From Terriglobia bacterium (GTDB taxonomy: Bacteria > Acidobacteriota > Polarisedimenticolia > Polarisedimenticolales > CAVOVZ01), in assembly GCA_963699985.1 (NCBI GenBank), contig CAVOVZ010000027.1, forward strand, positions 16,128 through 80,127: DNA of 64,000 nucleotides, written 5' to 3'. The notes under the pieces were generated by a model. The model searched no databases. It was given only the letters and a program-made list of their open reading frames with translations, and was not told where the DNA came from. The position numbers and the translations under genes were made by a program. Below, piece by piece: positions 18,298 to 27,480 of the stretch. The number at the start of each line of letters is the position of its first letter. Within the stretch, counting starts at the first letter, position 1.

Positions 18298-21156
18298 ATG
18301 ATCAATACTCTGCTTCGTGCTGCCGCCACCGCGTTTTTGCTCGCGTGGACCGCGGTTTTCGTCGTCCAGGCTCGCGACCTGACGTTCGAGGATCGCGTCA
18401 AGGCGCAGGAGGCCATCGAACGCGTTCACTACTCCCACCAGATCGGCGCGCAACAACCGTTCGAGGCGGTGGTTTCGCGAGACGTCCTCGAGAGAAAAGT
18501 GCAAACGCACCTGGAGCGTTCGGAGGCGATCGAGACGCTGTATCGCACGACGCTCACGCCGGACATCCTCCGCGCCGAGCAGGAACGGATGACCCGGACC
18601 TCGCGCATGCCGGAACGGCTGCACGAGCTGTTCTCCGCGCTCGACGACGATCCGGTCCTCATCCAGGAGTGTCTCGTGCGGCCCGCGCTCGTCGAGCAGC
18701 TCCGGATGATCGCCGACGCCACCGACGAGCCGCTCCGCTTCGGCGAATGGAGCGAAGCGGTCTCGCGGGCGCGGAATGCGACCGACGCCGCGGCCCCCTC
18801 GCGGTTGGGGCGGTTGCTGCCGAGCGACGAAGGGCGCCCCGATTCCGAGGAATCAACCTGCGCGCCCGCCTGGCGCGACCTTCCCACCCCGGGCCCGCTT
18901 CAGCACTGGGGTCTCGAGGCGGTGTGGACCGGGAACGTGATGATCGTCTGGGGCGGACAAAGCCCCCAGACCAACACCGGCAGCCGCTACGACCCGGCGA
19001 CGGACACCTGGTCGCCGATGTCCACCACGAACGCCCCGATCGCACGCTCGCTTCACACGTCGGTGTGGACGGGGACGCAGATGGTGGTGTTCGGAGGAAG
19101 AGGTCCTTCGAGCGAGTTCCTCAGCTCCGGCGGTCGCTACGACCCGATCACCGATACGTGGACGCCCACCTCGCAAGTCGGAGCCCCGATTCGGCGGCAG
19201 AGCGCCACAGCGGTGTGGACCGGCAGCGTCGCGATCTTCTGGGGTGGGTTCGGTCAGGTCGACAGCAGCACCACCACCTGGCTCAACACCGGCGGGCGTT
19301 ATGACCCGGTCCTCGACCGCTGGACTTCGATGCGGACCCCATCGATGGTCGCCCGGGCGGACCATACCGCGATCTGGACGGGAAGCAGGATGATCGTGTG
19401 GGGCGGGAGCAATGGGTATCCGGTCCCGGAGAAAACCGGAGCGAGCTACGACCCGATCACCAACACCTGGACGCCTACTTCGCTCGTCGGCGCCCCGGTG
19501 GAACGGTACAACCACTCGGCCGTCTGGACCGGCTCGAAGATGATCGTGTTCGGCGGACTGGGGTACAGCTGGGAGGCCCTGCGGGACGGCGGGATTTACG
19601 ATCCGAACCTCGATTCCTGGACACCTCTGGCCTCGCCACTCTCGGGGCGGTCGAGCCACACTGCGATCTGGACGGGAACGCACATGGTGGTCTGGGGCGG
19701 CCTCACCAGCTACTGGGGTCAGTCGGCGACGAATACGGGCGCGATGTACTCCCCGGCAGACGGACAGTGGACGAGTCTGCCGACCACGGGCGCGCCGTCG
19801 GCACGCTGGGATCACACCGCGGTCTGGACGGGGCAGTCCATGATCTTGTGGGGCTCCTCCGGGTTGGTCCTTCCCCGCGGGAGCGTCTTGACCCTCGGCT
19901 CGGACCAGGATGCGGACGGATATCCGTGCACGAGCGACTGCGATGATTCCGATCCGGAGGTGCACCCGGGCGCCCAGGAACGGTGCAACGGCCGGGACGA
20001 CGACTGCAACGGGGTCATCGACGACTGGAACGGGATTCCTGACCAGGACGGCGACGGAGTCGTGGGCGCGTGCGACAACTGCCCGTTGCTCGCGAACGCG
20101 GACCAGGCGGACTCGGACGGCGACGGCGTGGGCGACGCGTGCCAGGTGTATGACACGGACGGCGACGGCGTCCCGGACGACTTGGACAACTGCGTCGAGG
20201 TTCCGAACCCCGACCAGCTCAACTCCGACAGCGACGCCTTCGGCGACGCGTGCGACTGCGAACCGACCTCCGCGAACAACTGCAACGACAACAACACCTG
20301 CACGGCCGACTCCTGCAACCTGGCGACGCGGACCTGCGTCAACGCGCCGCTTGCGGGCCAGGCCTGCGACGACGGGAACGCTTGCACCTCCGGCGACACC
20401 TGCGACGCGACGGGTGCCTGCTTCGGACCGGCGATCAGCTGCCGCGACGACTCCGCCTGCACCTTCGACTACTGCGATCCCGCGGTGGGCTGCCTGCACG
20501 TGGGCGGCGGAGATCCGGACACCAGCACGATCTCTTCGTCCTTCAACTCGACGCGGATCCCGGCCGGCAAGTACATCTGGTTCAACGCGAACATCAAGAT
20601 GAACATGTACTACGACTGCGTGCCGACCGTCATCGACGTGACGAACAACGTGATCACGTTCTCGGCGAACGGCGTGCCGTACGTGCTGCACGCCCCCGAC
20701 GCCCGCATCATCCTCGATCCGGCCGCCACCTGCTCCACGGCGACCTGGAACGCCGGCATGAACCGTTGGGACATCGTGGCCCCGATCCTGGGCACCGAGG
20801 AGATCTTCTTCACGGGCCTCGGATTCCAGGTCCCGGTGGACTTCCCCGGCGGGATCAAGCCGGTCCACTGGACGGCCACGTTCACCGCGAACCACCCCGG
20901 AGTCACCTTCGACTGGAAGTGGAGCGCCGCGGTGTACGGGACGGACATGAGCAACTACGCGGGTCTCGGCGTCAAGGCGTCGACGAAGAAGGCTTGCGGG
21001 TACAACAACAACGACAAGGCCGGAACGCCCGAGAACAAGAAGTCGTTCGTCATGAACGGCGCACGCGGAGGCGGCGGATCGAACTACACCGGCTCCTGGT
21101 CCAAGAAGATGGGGATCTACTCCGAGTGTCTGGACGTGGTGCACCCGGAGGAGTGA
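18298..21156 (+). CDS. Secreted Kelch-repeat / TSP3 / Cys-rich-repeat mosaic protein
   Basis: ATG after GAGGAGG, then a signal peptide. About 7 Kelch-like blades (WTGxxMIVWGG..RYDPxxDTWxP). TSP3 repeats (DxDGDGVxDxCDNCP). Two or three CxDxNxCTxDxC repeats. Distinct ~200-aa C-terminal domain. Confidence 0.9.
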   Translation: MINTLLRAAATAFLLAWTAVFVVQARDLTFEDRVKAQEAIERVHYSHQIGAQQPFEAVVSRDVLERKVQTHLERSEAIETLYRTTLTPDILRAEQERMTRTSRMPERLHELFSALDDDPVLIQECLVRPALVEQLRMIADATDEPLRFGEWSEAVSRARNATDAAAPSRLGRLLPSDEGRPDSEESTCAPAWRDLPTPGPLQHWGLEAVWTGNVMIVWGGQSPQTNTGSRYDPATDTWSPMSTTNAPIARSLHTSVWTGTQMVVFGGRGPSSEFLSSGGRYDPITDTWTPTSQVGAPIRRQSATAVWTGSVAIFWGGFGQVDSSTTTWLNTGGRYDPVLDRWTSMRTPSMVARADHTAIWTGSRMIVWGGSNGYPVPEKTGASYDPITNTWTPTSLVGAPVERYNHSAVWTGSKMIVFGGLGYSWEALRDGGIYDPNLDSWTPLASPLSGRSSHTAIWTGTHMVVWGGLTSYWGQSATNTGAMYSPADGQWTSLPTTGAPSARWDHTAVWTGQSMILWGSSGLVLPRGSVLTLGSDQDADGYPCTSDCDDSDPEVHPGAQERCNGRDDDCNGVIDDWNGIPDQDGDGVVGACDNCPLLANADQADSDGDGVGDACQVYDTDGDGVPDDLDNCVEVPNPDQLNSDSDAFGDACDCEPTSANNCNDNNTCTADSCNLATRTCVNAPLAGQACDDGNACTSGDTCDATGACFGPAISCRDDSACTFDYCDPAVGCLHVGGGDPDTSTISSSFNSTRIPAGKYIWFNANIKMNMYYDCVPTVIDVTNNVITFSANGVPYVLHAPDARIILDPAATCSTATWNAGMNRWDIVAPILGTEEIFFTGLGFQVPVDFPGGIKPVHWTATFTANHPGVTFDWKWSAAVYGTDMSNYAGLGVKASTKKACGYNNNDKAGTPENKKSFVMNGARGGGGSNYTGSWSKKMGIYSECLDVVHPEE

Positions 21157-21165
21157 CTCTGGCGA

Positions 21166-21199
21166 GGTGCCGTCGGTCGCTTCCGTGACCGACGGCACC
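21166..21199 (+). terminator. Putative terminator hairpin
   Basis: Perfect 13-bp stem GGTGCCGTCGGTC / GACCGACGGCACC with an 8-nt loop, 10 nt after the stop codon. No U-tract. Confidence 0.5.
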
Positions 21200-21300
21200 G
21201 TCCCGGACCGAGACGAGCGCGCCGGCCCCGCGGGCCAGACCCCTGGCGGCGCTCCGGCTCGAAAGCATCGAGACGCCCGGGTCGAGCAGTCCCGACCCGG

Positions 21301-21340
21301 GTGAAGCGCGCCAGGGAAACTACGTACTCGATTTCCGCGG
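21301..21340 (-). repeat. Solo end remnant of the IS481-like element
   Basis: gtgaagcgcgccagggaaactacgtactcgatttccgcgg is the reverse complement of the right-end sequences at 26553-26594 and 24931-24955. Confidence 0.5.
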
Positions 21341-21585
21341 TTGGGTGCCGCACCACCGAGTTCAGGAAGCCGCTCGTTCGGAACGACGGACGGAAAGAGC
21401 GCGATCTGGTCGCGCGAGAAACCGGTGAAGGGCGCCACGCGTAGCTGGTGTATCGCCGAATTCGATTCCTGCGCTTTCGTGTTTTTCTGTTGGTTCCGAG
21501 GAGGATCTGTAGGACGATGCGGCGAGGTCCCTCATCAAGAACCGGAATGGAAGGCTCGGCGGTGCCTCGTTCGACGAATAGGCGC

Positions 21586-22482
21586 ATGCTGTGGTTAGCC
21601 ATCACACCGGCAATCGTTGCCTTGATGCTCGGCTGCCATGCCGCCGACAGCCGGCCGAACAAGCCAGCGGAGCAGGAAGCCATGGGAATTTTCGATGCAA
21701 TCAAGGGGAAGAAGGCGGCGCGCGGGCCTGGAGAGGACCAGAGCGCCATCCTGACAGGCTTCATTCTGGCCAACGGCTCGGTGCTCCCAAGAGCAGAAGC
21801 GATTGTTGAGGCAGCGGCCGATTTGGGGGAGCCGAAGCTGACTCCGCTTCCCTCCGGAGAAGACGGGATTCTGGCCTTCCAGCACCCAGCCGGGGAGTTC
21901 CTTGTAACGCTCGTGACGGTGCGGTTCCCGGATCTGGACAAGATGCCCTCATCCCCGTTCTCCCCCACAGTTGAAGAGATGAACGCGACTTCCGCACACT
22001 TCATGACGGCCCTCACGCCGGGACACGGGGATCTGCGCCAGCGGGATCTCACGATTGCCCGCCTCAGCGGAGCGGTCGCTCTGGCAAACAAGGCCGTCGC
22101 CGTCATGCTGGGCCACGGGGTCACCTTCAACAAGACGGCGCGATTCGTTGCTTCTTTGGTGGAGGCTGGTGCAGACGGTGTCCCGATTCCTGGCGGGGTC
22201 GACATCACAGTCGCCAACGAGCCGAATGGCCGCGCCTCCCTGCTCACCCACGGCATGACTCGCTATGGCCGTGAGGACCTCTATGTGACCGGTGAGGCGA
22301 CAGAGCCAAGCATGAAGGACGCCTACGAGTTCACAGTTTCCATCGCGAGTTGGCTGCTCGGTACGGACGAGAAGGTCCCTGACGGCGATACGGTGGGTCG
22401 CTCGGCGGAGGAGCGGGTGAAGGCCAAGCGAGTTGCGAATCCGACGGGTGCTGGGGCTCCGGTGCTACGCCTTGATCTGTAG
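21586..22482 (+). CDS. Hypothetical lipoprotein (possibly DUF4261-like)
   Basis: Candidate start MLWLAITPAIVALMLGC with a lipobox-like LMLGC. Visibly lower G+C. The family assignment is from memory only (SLLTHGMTRYGREDLYV resembles the DUF4261 pattern). The ORF is open from 21448. Confidence 0.6.
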   Translation: MLWLAITPAIVALMLGCHAADSRPNKPAEQEAMGIFDAIKGKKAARGPGEDQSAILTGFILANGSVLPRAEAIVEAAADLGEPKLTPLPSGEDGILAFQHPAGEFLVTLVTVRFPDLDKMPSSPFSPTVEEMNATSAHFMTALTPGHGDLRQRDLTIARLSGAVALANKAVAVMLGHGVTFNKTARFVASLVEAGADGVPIPGGVDITVANEPNGRASLLTHGMTRYGREDLYVTGEATEPSMKDAYEFTVSIASWLLGTDEKVPDGDTVGRSAEERVKAKRVANPTGAGAPVLRLDL

Positions 22483-22686
22483 ACAGACGGAAGCACGCCA
22501 TCGATTTCCAGACGCCACTTGCTCGGCGGAGCCGGCGGAAAATCGTCCCTCGTCTGAGTTAGGTCGAGTTCCCCAGACACTTCGCAGGTCGAACCAGGAC
22601 CGAATCATTCCACTTTGTGAAGTGCCGCTGCTTTTTCCTCCTCCGACCGTGCTCTCCAGAGAGCCATGCTCCCCGCGCGAGCGCAC

Positions 22687-22953
22687 CTACGCCGCCGATT
22701 CCGACTTCACATCCCAGCCCGGGAACACCAGGACCGCCGGGTGGCATCGCAGCGCCCGGGCGATCACCTTGGCGCGCTCGACCCCCAGCTTGATTCGATC
22801 GGTCTCGATCCCGGAAATCGTGGACTGGGGAATCCCGGTTCGTCTGGCAAGATCACTCTGCGAGAGCGATTGGAGCTCGCGCAGGATGCGCACCGACTCC
22901 CCAACGGATACGTCGATCATCTTTCGCGCACGGCGAAACTCCTTGCTTCGCAT
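22687..22953 (-). CDS. XRE-family HTH antitoxin (HigA-like)
   Basis: MRSKEFRRARKMIDVSVGESVRILRELQSLSQSDLARRTGIPQSTISGIETDRIKLGVERAKVIARAL. Lies 5 nt downstream of the toxin gene. Confidence 0.8.
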   Translation of the reverse strand: MRSKEFRRARKMIDVSVGESVRILRELQSLSQSDLARRTGIPQSTISGIETDRIKLGVERAKVIARALRCHPAVLVFPGWDVKSESAA

Positions 22954-22958
22954 CACCT

Positions 22959-23240
22959 TCACCTCCTGCCATAGTCGTGCGCCGTCAGGTCGATCACGAG
23001 CACGTGAAGTTCCTGGGTCGCCATCCTGTAGATGATTCGGTGTTGGATCCCAAGCCGCGACGACCGATGCCCTTGCCACTCACCCCGGAGGGCTTCGTCA
23101 TGGAACCCCTGGATCAGCCTCAGACCTGCTGGGCCAGAGATCCGGACGATGTCCTTCCACTTCTCGTAGCGCTTCAGAACCTCGACGGGCAGCCGGCGCA
23201 GGCGACCGGCGACGCGTCGATGCTCGTACACCTCCCACAT
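22959..23240 (-). CDS. RelE/ParE-superfamily toxin (HigB-like; toxin-first order)
   Basis: 93 aa; ..EALRGEWQGHRSSRLGIQHRIIYRMATQELHVLVIDLTAHDY is typical of RelE-fold toxins. Paired with the HTH antitoxin. Confidence 0.8.
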   Translation of the reverse strand: MWEVYEHRRVAGRLRRLPVEVLKRYEKWKDIVRISGPAGLRLIQGFHDEALRGEWQGHRSSRLGIQHRIIYRMATQELHVLVIDLTAHDYGRR

Positions 23241-23299
23241 ACCATATATATACTAGGCGGGCGTCGGCAACACCAGCGGTGGAGGGTGTAGCGGGCCGG

Positions 23300-24955
23300 T
23301 GTAGTGCGCCAGCGATTCTGCCGGTCTACCCCCCCTCCGGCACGTAGCTGGCTCCGTTTCAGGCGGCTCTCCTCTTTCTACCTCCCCCCAGTACCCCCCC
23401 GGAGCAGGATCATGCGCGATGCCCCGGTCCTACGGAACCTCTCTCTTCCGAAGGGATGGCCCGCCCGCGTCCGTTCCTCGACCGTGCAGGCAATCTCCCT
23501 CGCCCTCTTCTCCCTCACCTTCGCCCGAGGCGTCGCCGCCAACAGCATTCACAAGAGGATGCGCCTCCAGGCGGAGGTCGACCGGCTCCGGCAGGAAGCC
23601 GCTCTCCTCCGAGAAGAGTCGCGCATCAAGGACTCGCGGATGCTTCGAATCCCGGCCCAGCGAAGGCCACACGACCCTCCCACCGAACGCCTCGCGATCC
23701 TCGAGCTTCGGGCGGCGCGGGCTTGGTCCATCGCGGAAACTGCGAGGCGGCTCCTTGTGACGCCGCCGACGGTGACCTCGTGGATGAGTCGCCTCGATGA
23801 CGCGGGCCCGGACGCACTCGTCCGACTGACCGAGCCGGTCAACCGCTTCCCCGAGTTCGTCGGCTACATGGTCCGTCGGCTCGAGACCCTCTGCCCAACG
23901 ATGGGAACGAGGAAGATTGCCCAAGTCCTTTGTCGAGCGGGGCTCCACCTCGGCGCCACGACCGTTCGCAGGATGCTCGCCGAGTCCGACCGACGGCGAT
24001 CGAAGTCCGTCGGAGCCGAGTCCTCGCGCCGGATCCACACCACCCGGCCCAACGAGGCGTGGAACGTGGACCTCACGACGGTACCCATCGGAAGCGGGTT
24101 CTGGGTACCCTGGCTTCCGTGGGCCCTTCCCCAGCGCTGGCCGTTCTGCTGGTGGGTCGCCGTCGTGGTTGACCACTACTCCCGCCGGATGATGGGTGTG
24201 GCCGCGTTCCGCTCCGTGCCGACCTCCGCGGCCGTCCGCTCGTTCCTCGATCGCGTCATTCGGAAGGTGGGGATGGCGCCCAGGTATCTCATCTCGGACC
24301 AGGGCAGACAGTTCGGCGCGATCGGATTCCGGCGTTGGTGTCGGCGCCGCGGGATCCACCAGCGGTTCGGGGCCGTCGGCAAGTACGGGAGCATCGCGGT
24401 CGTGGAACGTCTGATCCGTACCATGAAGAACGAGTGCACGAGGAGAGTCCTCGTGCCCCTGCCCCAGGCCGCGTTCCAACGGGAGTTGTCGATCTTCGCT
24501 GATTGGTACAACGGCCAGCGCCCTCATGCCAGCCTGAACACCCGCACCCCCGACGAGGTGTACTTCGGACGCCGTCCCGCTTGCCGGATGCCGCGATTCG
24601 AACCCCGGTCTCGGTGGCCCCGACGCTCGCCCTGCGCCGCGCCGTGCACGTTGATTCGCCGAAGGCCTGGCGTTGTCGTCGAGCTCGACGTGAGTCGGAG
24701 GTGCGGCCGGAAGCATCTCCCGGTCGTCGGACTCCGTCGCGTCGCGTAGACACGGCGTTCGATGGAACGACGCGCTTGCCGCGTCCGACGCCCTCGTGTG
24801 CCCGCGACGCTCCACGGGGCGGCATCGCACGCTCACGACGCCCGTGTCGGGTTCATCCGGGTCTCTCGCAATCGCCTTGACCGTCCACGATCACGTTCTC
24901 CCTCTCGTTCCGAACGCCGAAACCGCGCCTGTACTTTCCCTGGCGCGCTTCACCA
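23300..24955 (+). mobile_element. IS481-family-like insertion sequence (full copy)
   Basis: Left end TGTAGTGCGCCAGCGATTC (23300). Right end ..CCCTGGCGCGCTTCACCA (~24955), imperfectly inverted. Single rve-domain transposase ORF. Confidence 0.7.
23412..24749 (+). CDS. IS481-like transposase (HTH + rve integrase core)
   Basis: Start MRDAPVLRNLSLPKGW. DDE core: WNVDLTTV, LISDQGRQF, VVERLIRTMKNE. Ends ..NGQRPHASLNTRTPDEVY. Confidence 0.85.
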   Translation: MRDAPVLRNLSLPKGWPARVRSSTVQAISLALFSLTFARGVAANSIHKRMRLQAEVDRLRQEAALLREESRIKDSRMLRIPAQRRPHDPPTERLAILELRAARAWSIAETARRLLVTPPTVTSWMSRLDDAGPDALVRLTEPVNRFPEFVGYMVRRLETLCPTMGTRKIAQVLCRAGLHLGATTVRRMLAESDRRRSKSVGAESSRRIHTTRPNEAWNVDLTTVPIGSGFWVPWLPWALPQRWPFCWWVAVVVDHYSRRMMGVAAFRSVPTSAAVRSFLDRVIRKVGMAPRYLISDQGRQFGAIGFRRWCRRRGIHQRFGAVGKYGSIAVVERLIRTMKNECTRRVLVPLPQAAFQRELSIFADWYNGQRPHASLNTRTPDEVYFGRRPACRMPRFEPRSRWPRRSPCAAPCTLIRRRPGVVVELDVSRRCGRKHLPVVGLRRVA

Positions 24956-25056
24956 ACCCTGGACTGCGCCCGATTCGCCTGCGTCGACGGGGCGTCGAGC
25001 TCACTCGGTCCATCCTGTTCCCCTGGAGTCACTCCACCCACCGACGCCAACGGCCC

Positions 25057-25470
25057 TCACGCAGCAACGTGCCAGACGATTCGTTGGTTGGGTGCGATGG
25101 CTTTGAGCAGTTCCTCCAGCTTCTCGACCGTCGGCATCGTTTTCCCCTGTTCGTATCGCGCGTAGGCGTTCTTGGATCGTTGTCCCAATCGCTCCGCCGC
25201 CTCCGCGAGCGTCAGCCCCTGGCGCTCCCGCTGCCGACGCAACAAGAGCGCCAGCAAGACGCCTACGCGATTGGCTCCGATCTCGAACGTCTCCCCTCCC
25301 GTCGGATAGACGGTGACGCGGAAGCCCTTTGCGTTGGCCATGGTCTCCATGAGATCCCCAGCCATCTCAAACGCCTCGCGCTTCGTTCGCCCTTGCGTAA
25401 GCGCGTCGAACGCTGGAATCTCCACCAACCAGAACTTTCCGTCTTTCCTAATGCTCCCCGGGAATCTCAT
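25057..25470 (-). CDS. hicB: HicB-family antitoxin with C-terminal XRE HTH
   Basis: MRFPGSIRKDGKFWLVEIPAFDALTQGRTKREAFEMAGD.. plus the HTH RERQGLTLAEAAERLGQRSKNAYARYEQGKTMPTVEKL. Overlaps the hicA stop by 4 nt. Confidence 0.85.
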   Translation of the reverse strand: MRFPGSIRKDGKFWLVEIPAFDALTQGRTKREAFEMAGDLMETMANAKGFRVTVYPTGGETFEIGANRVGVLLALLLRRQRERQGLTLAEAAERLGQRSKNAYARYEQGKTMPTVEKLEELLKAIAPNQRIVWHVAA

Positions 25471-25664
25471 CCTCGCTCCTTGGCCCTACGAAGAATCGCT
25501 TGCGCCAGTTTTTCGTTTATCTCTGCGTGTCGGGGAACGAACTCCATGAACGGGCCGTCCGGACTCGTCCAGACATCATGTTTCCCGCCGTGACGGTGGA
25601 ACGTCCACCCAAGTTCGCGCAGCCGACGTTCCAGTTCTTTCCGTTTCACCGCACGAATGTACAC
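25467..25664 (-). CDS. hicA: HicA mRNA-interferase toxin
   Basis: 65 aa; KRKELERRLRELGWTFHRHGGKHDVWTSP..VPRHAEINEKLAQAILRRA. Confidence 0.9.
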   Translation of the reverse strand: MYIRAVKRKELERRLRELGWTFHRHGGKHDVWTSPDGPFMEFVPRHAEINEKLAQAILRRAKERG

Positions 25665-25722
25665 CTATGCGTGTACGATGGCAACCCCGTAGGGTCCAGA
25701 TACTCGAACGACGGTCGCACGG

Positions 25723-26596
25723 TGTAGTGCGCCAGCGATTCCATGGGTCAACCCTCTGGCACGTATCGGGCTCCGTTTCGGGCGGTTATCCTCTTTCCCT
25801 GAGCATCCCCCCCGGAGCAGGATCATGCGCGATGCCGCGATCCGTCGGAACCTCTCGCTTCCCAAAGGCTGGCCCGCCCGCATCCGTTCCTCGACCGTGC
25901 AGGCAATCTCCCTCGCCCACTTCTCCCTCACCTTCGCCCGCGGCTCTGCCAACGAGGGTGTCAAGATGATACGCCTTCGGACAAGGTCTACTTCTGCCAC
26001 CGGCCAGCCTGCCGGACGCCCCCCTTCGAACCGCATGCTCGCTGGCCGCGTCCATCGCCGTGCGCGAGGACGAACGTCCTGGGGTGAGGTAGCCCCGGAG
26101 TCGTCGTCGACCTGGACGGCCGCAACCATGCGAGGCGGAAGCACCCGCCGATCGTCCACCTCCGTCGCGCTGCCTCAGCCTCGGTCAACGAAGAAACCCC
26201 GCCATCGATACGACGCGGTCGACGTGTCGCCTGCGGAAAGCGCACGTCCCGCCTGACGATGATTCGTGGTGCTCACGGCACTCGTGACAACCTCGGCCCC
26301 GACCCTTCCATCGACTGCGTCCCCTCCGAAACCGCCGTTTTCTGCCGCATTCTCGGCCCGAAGAATCGGTGGAGCGGATCAGCGCAGAACGCGGCCTTCT
26401 GCGGGAAGTCGCCGCCATGGCCTCCACGGAGGTCGTGTGCCCGCGACGCGCGACGGGGCCACCGCGCCCGATAACAAAACGCCTATCGGGCACATCCGGG
26501 TCCTCTGCGCCCCCCCCTCGAACGACGACAATCGCGTTCTTCGTCACCTTTCGACCGCGGAAATCGAGTGTGTAGAATCGCTGGCGCGGTTCACCT
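25723..26596 (+). mobile_element. Internally deleted IS481-like derivative
   Basis: The left ~245 bp is collinear with 23300-23545 and carries the same start (MRDAAIRRNLSLPKGWPARIRSSTVQAISLA). It also has a 3' transposase remnant (PGVVVDLDGRNHARRKHPPIVHLRRAA vs PGVVVELDVSRRCGRKHLPVVGLRRVA). Right end GAATCGCTGGCGCGGTTCAC at 26575-26594. Confidence 0.65.
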
Positions 26597-26652
26597 CCCC
26601 GTGCCCGGAAGAGGTCCGGAGCGGTCCGCTCGCGTCCCTGGCCGCGCTCGGT

Positions 26653-26811
26653 CTACGGGCAGGCCGTCGTGCCCCACACGAGGCACTCCGGATTCCCCTG
26701 CGGACGCTCGGCGCAGTTTCCGTCGAGCCCGTAGGAGCCTTCCCTCGTGACCGTTCTCGGAACCACGAGGTAGTACGTGTTTCGCTCCCTGGGGGTGAAT
26801 GTCCAAACTGC
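26653..26811 (-). pseudogene. Orphan fragment of the CP-type C-terminal module
   Basis: Minus-strand translation ..[52 protein letters not shown]-stop matches the YWYLVR..GxGTYG..CP pattern. No upstream coding body. Confidence 0.45.
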
Positions 26812-27336
26812 ATTTTCGTCGGCAATGCGGACCAGGCCGACACCGATTCCGACGGCCGCGGAAACGCATGCGACAACTGTCCGTTGAACGCGAACCCGAT
26901 GCAGAACGACATCGATGGGGACCACGTGGGCGATGCCTGCGACAACTGCCCCCTCAGCTACAACACCGACCAGCGAGACCTCGACCACGATGGCGAGGGC
27001 GATCTCTGCGACCTCGACGACGGCGTCATCCTGATCCTCTTCGCCGACCCCAACTACATCGAGTGGCAGGAGGAAGCGGGGTTTACCGCGTGGAACGTGA
27101 ACGAGGGGGACCTGGACGTGCTGAAGGCGGCGGGCCTCTACACCCAGGTACCGGGTTCCAATCCGCTCGCCGACCGGCACTGCGGTGAGGCGGCGCCATG
27201 GGTGTAGGACTTCGACATGCCACCCGTGGGCAAGACGGTCTTCTCGCTGGTCGCGGGCGTTGCGAACGGGGTCGAGGGGAGCCGGGGCCAGGACAGCCAT
27301 GGAGTCGAGAGGCCGAACGCGAATCCGTGTCCGTAA
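26812..27336 (+). pseudogene. TSP3-repeat + CP-module protein fragment with in-frame TAG
   Basis: [51 protein letters not shown].. with no start codon or signal peptide (the upstream part is IS debris). TAG at 27205-27207, then in-frame DFDMPPVGKTVFSLVAGVANGVEGSRGQDSHGVERPNANPCP-TAA. Confidence 0.6.
27259..27336 (+). repeat. CP-tail DNA relic, copy 1
   Basis: gttgcgaacggggtcgaggggagccggggccaggacagccatggagtcgagaggccgaacgcgaatccgtgtccgtaa. Closely matches 29966-30043 and partially matches 27789-27848 and 59333-59392. Confidence 0.8.
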
Positions 27337-27344
27337 GAGGTGCT

Positions 27345-27470
27345 CCGTACCCCTCTTCCCATCCCGCCCGCTTCGTTGTAGAACTTCCCCCAAAATGGGG
27401 AGACCCAGTATGATTCGCCTGTTCGCCGACACCATCGCGCTCCCGTCGGCTTCCGCTATCGTCTTGGGCC
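27345..27470 (+). repeat. Degenerate copy of the 5' leader/signal-peptide cassette
   Basis: tgtagaacttcccc and atgattcgcctgttcgcc (MIRLFADTIALPSASAIVLGQ) parallel gtgtagaacctcccc and atggcccgcctgttcgca (MARLFAAS..) at 53901-54082. Confidence 0.45.
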
Positions 27471-27480
27471 AAGGAGGATC

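Noticed and set aside
27205-27207. Global TAG reassignment (pyrrolysine or other sense recoding)
   Set aside because: TAG terminates several well-defined genes in the window at the expected positions. No pyl-type genes are seen.
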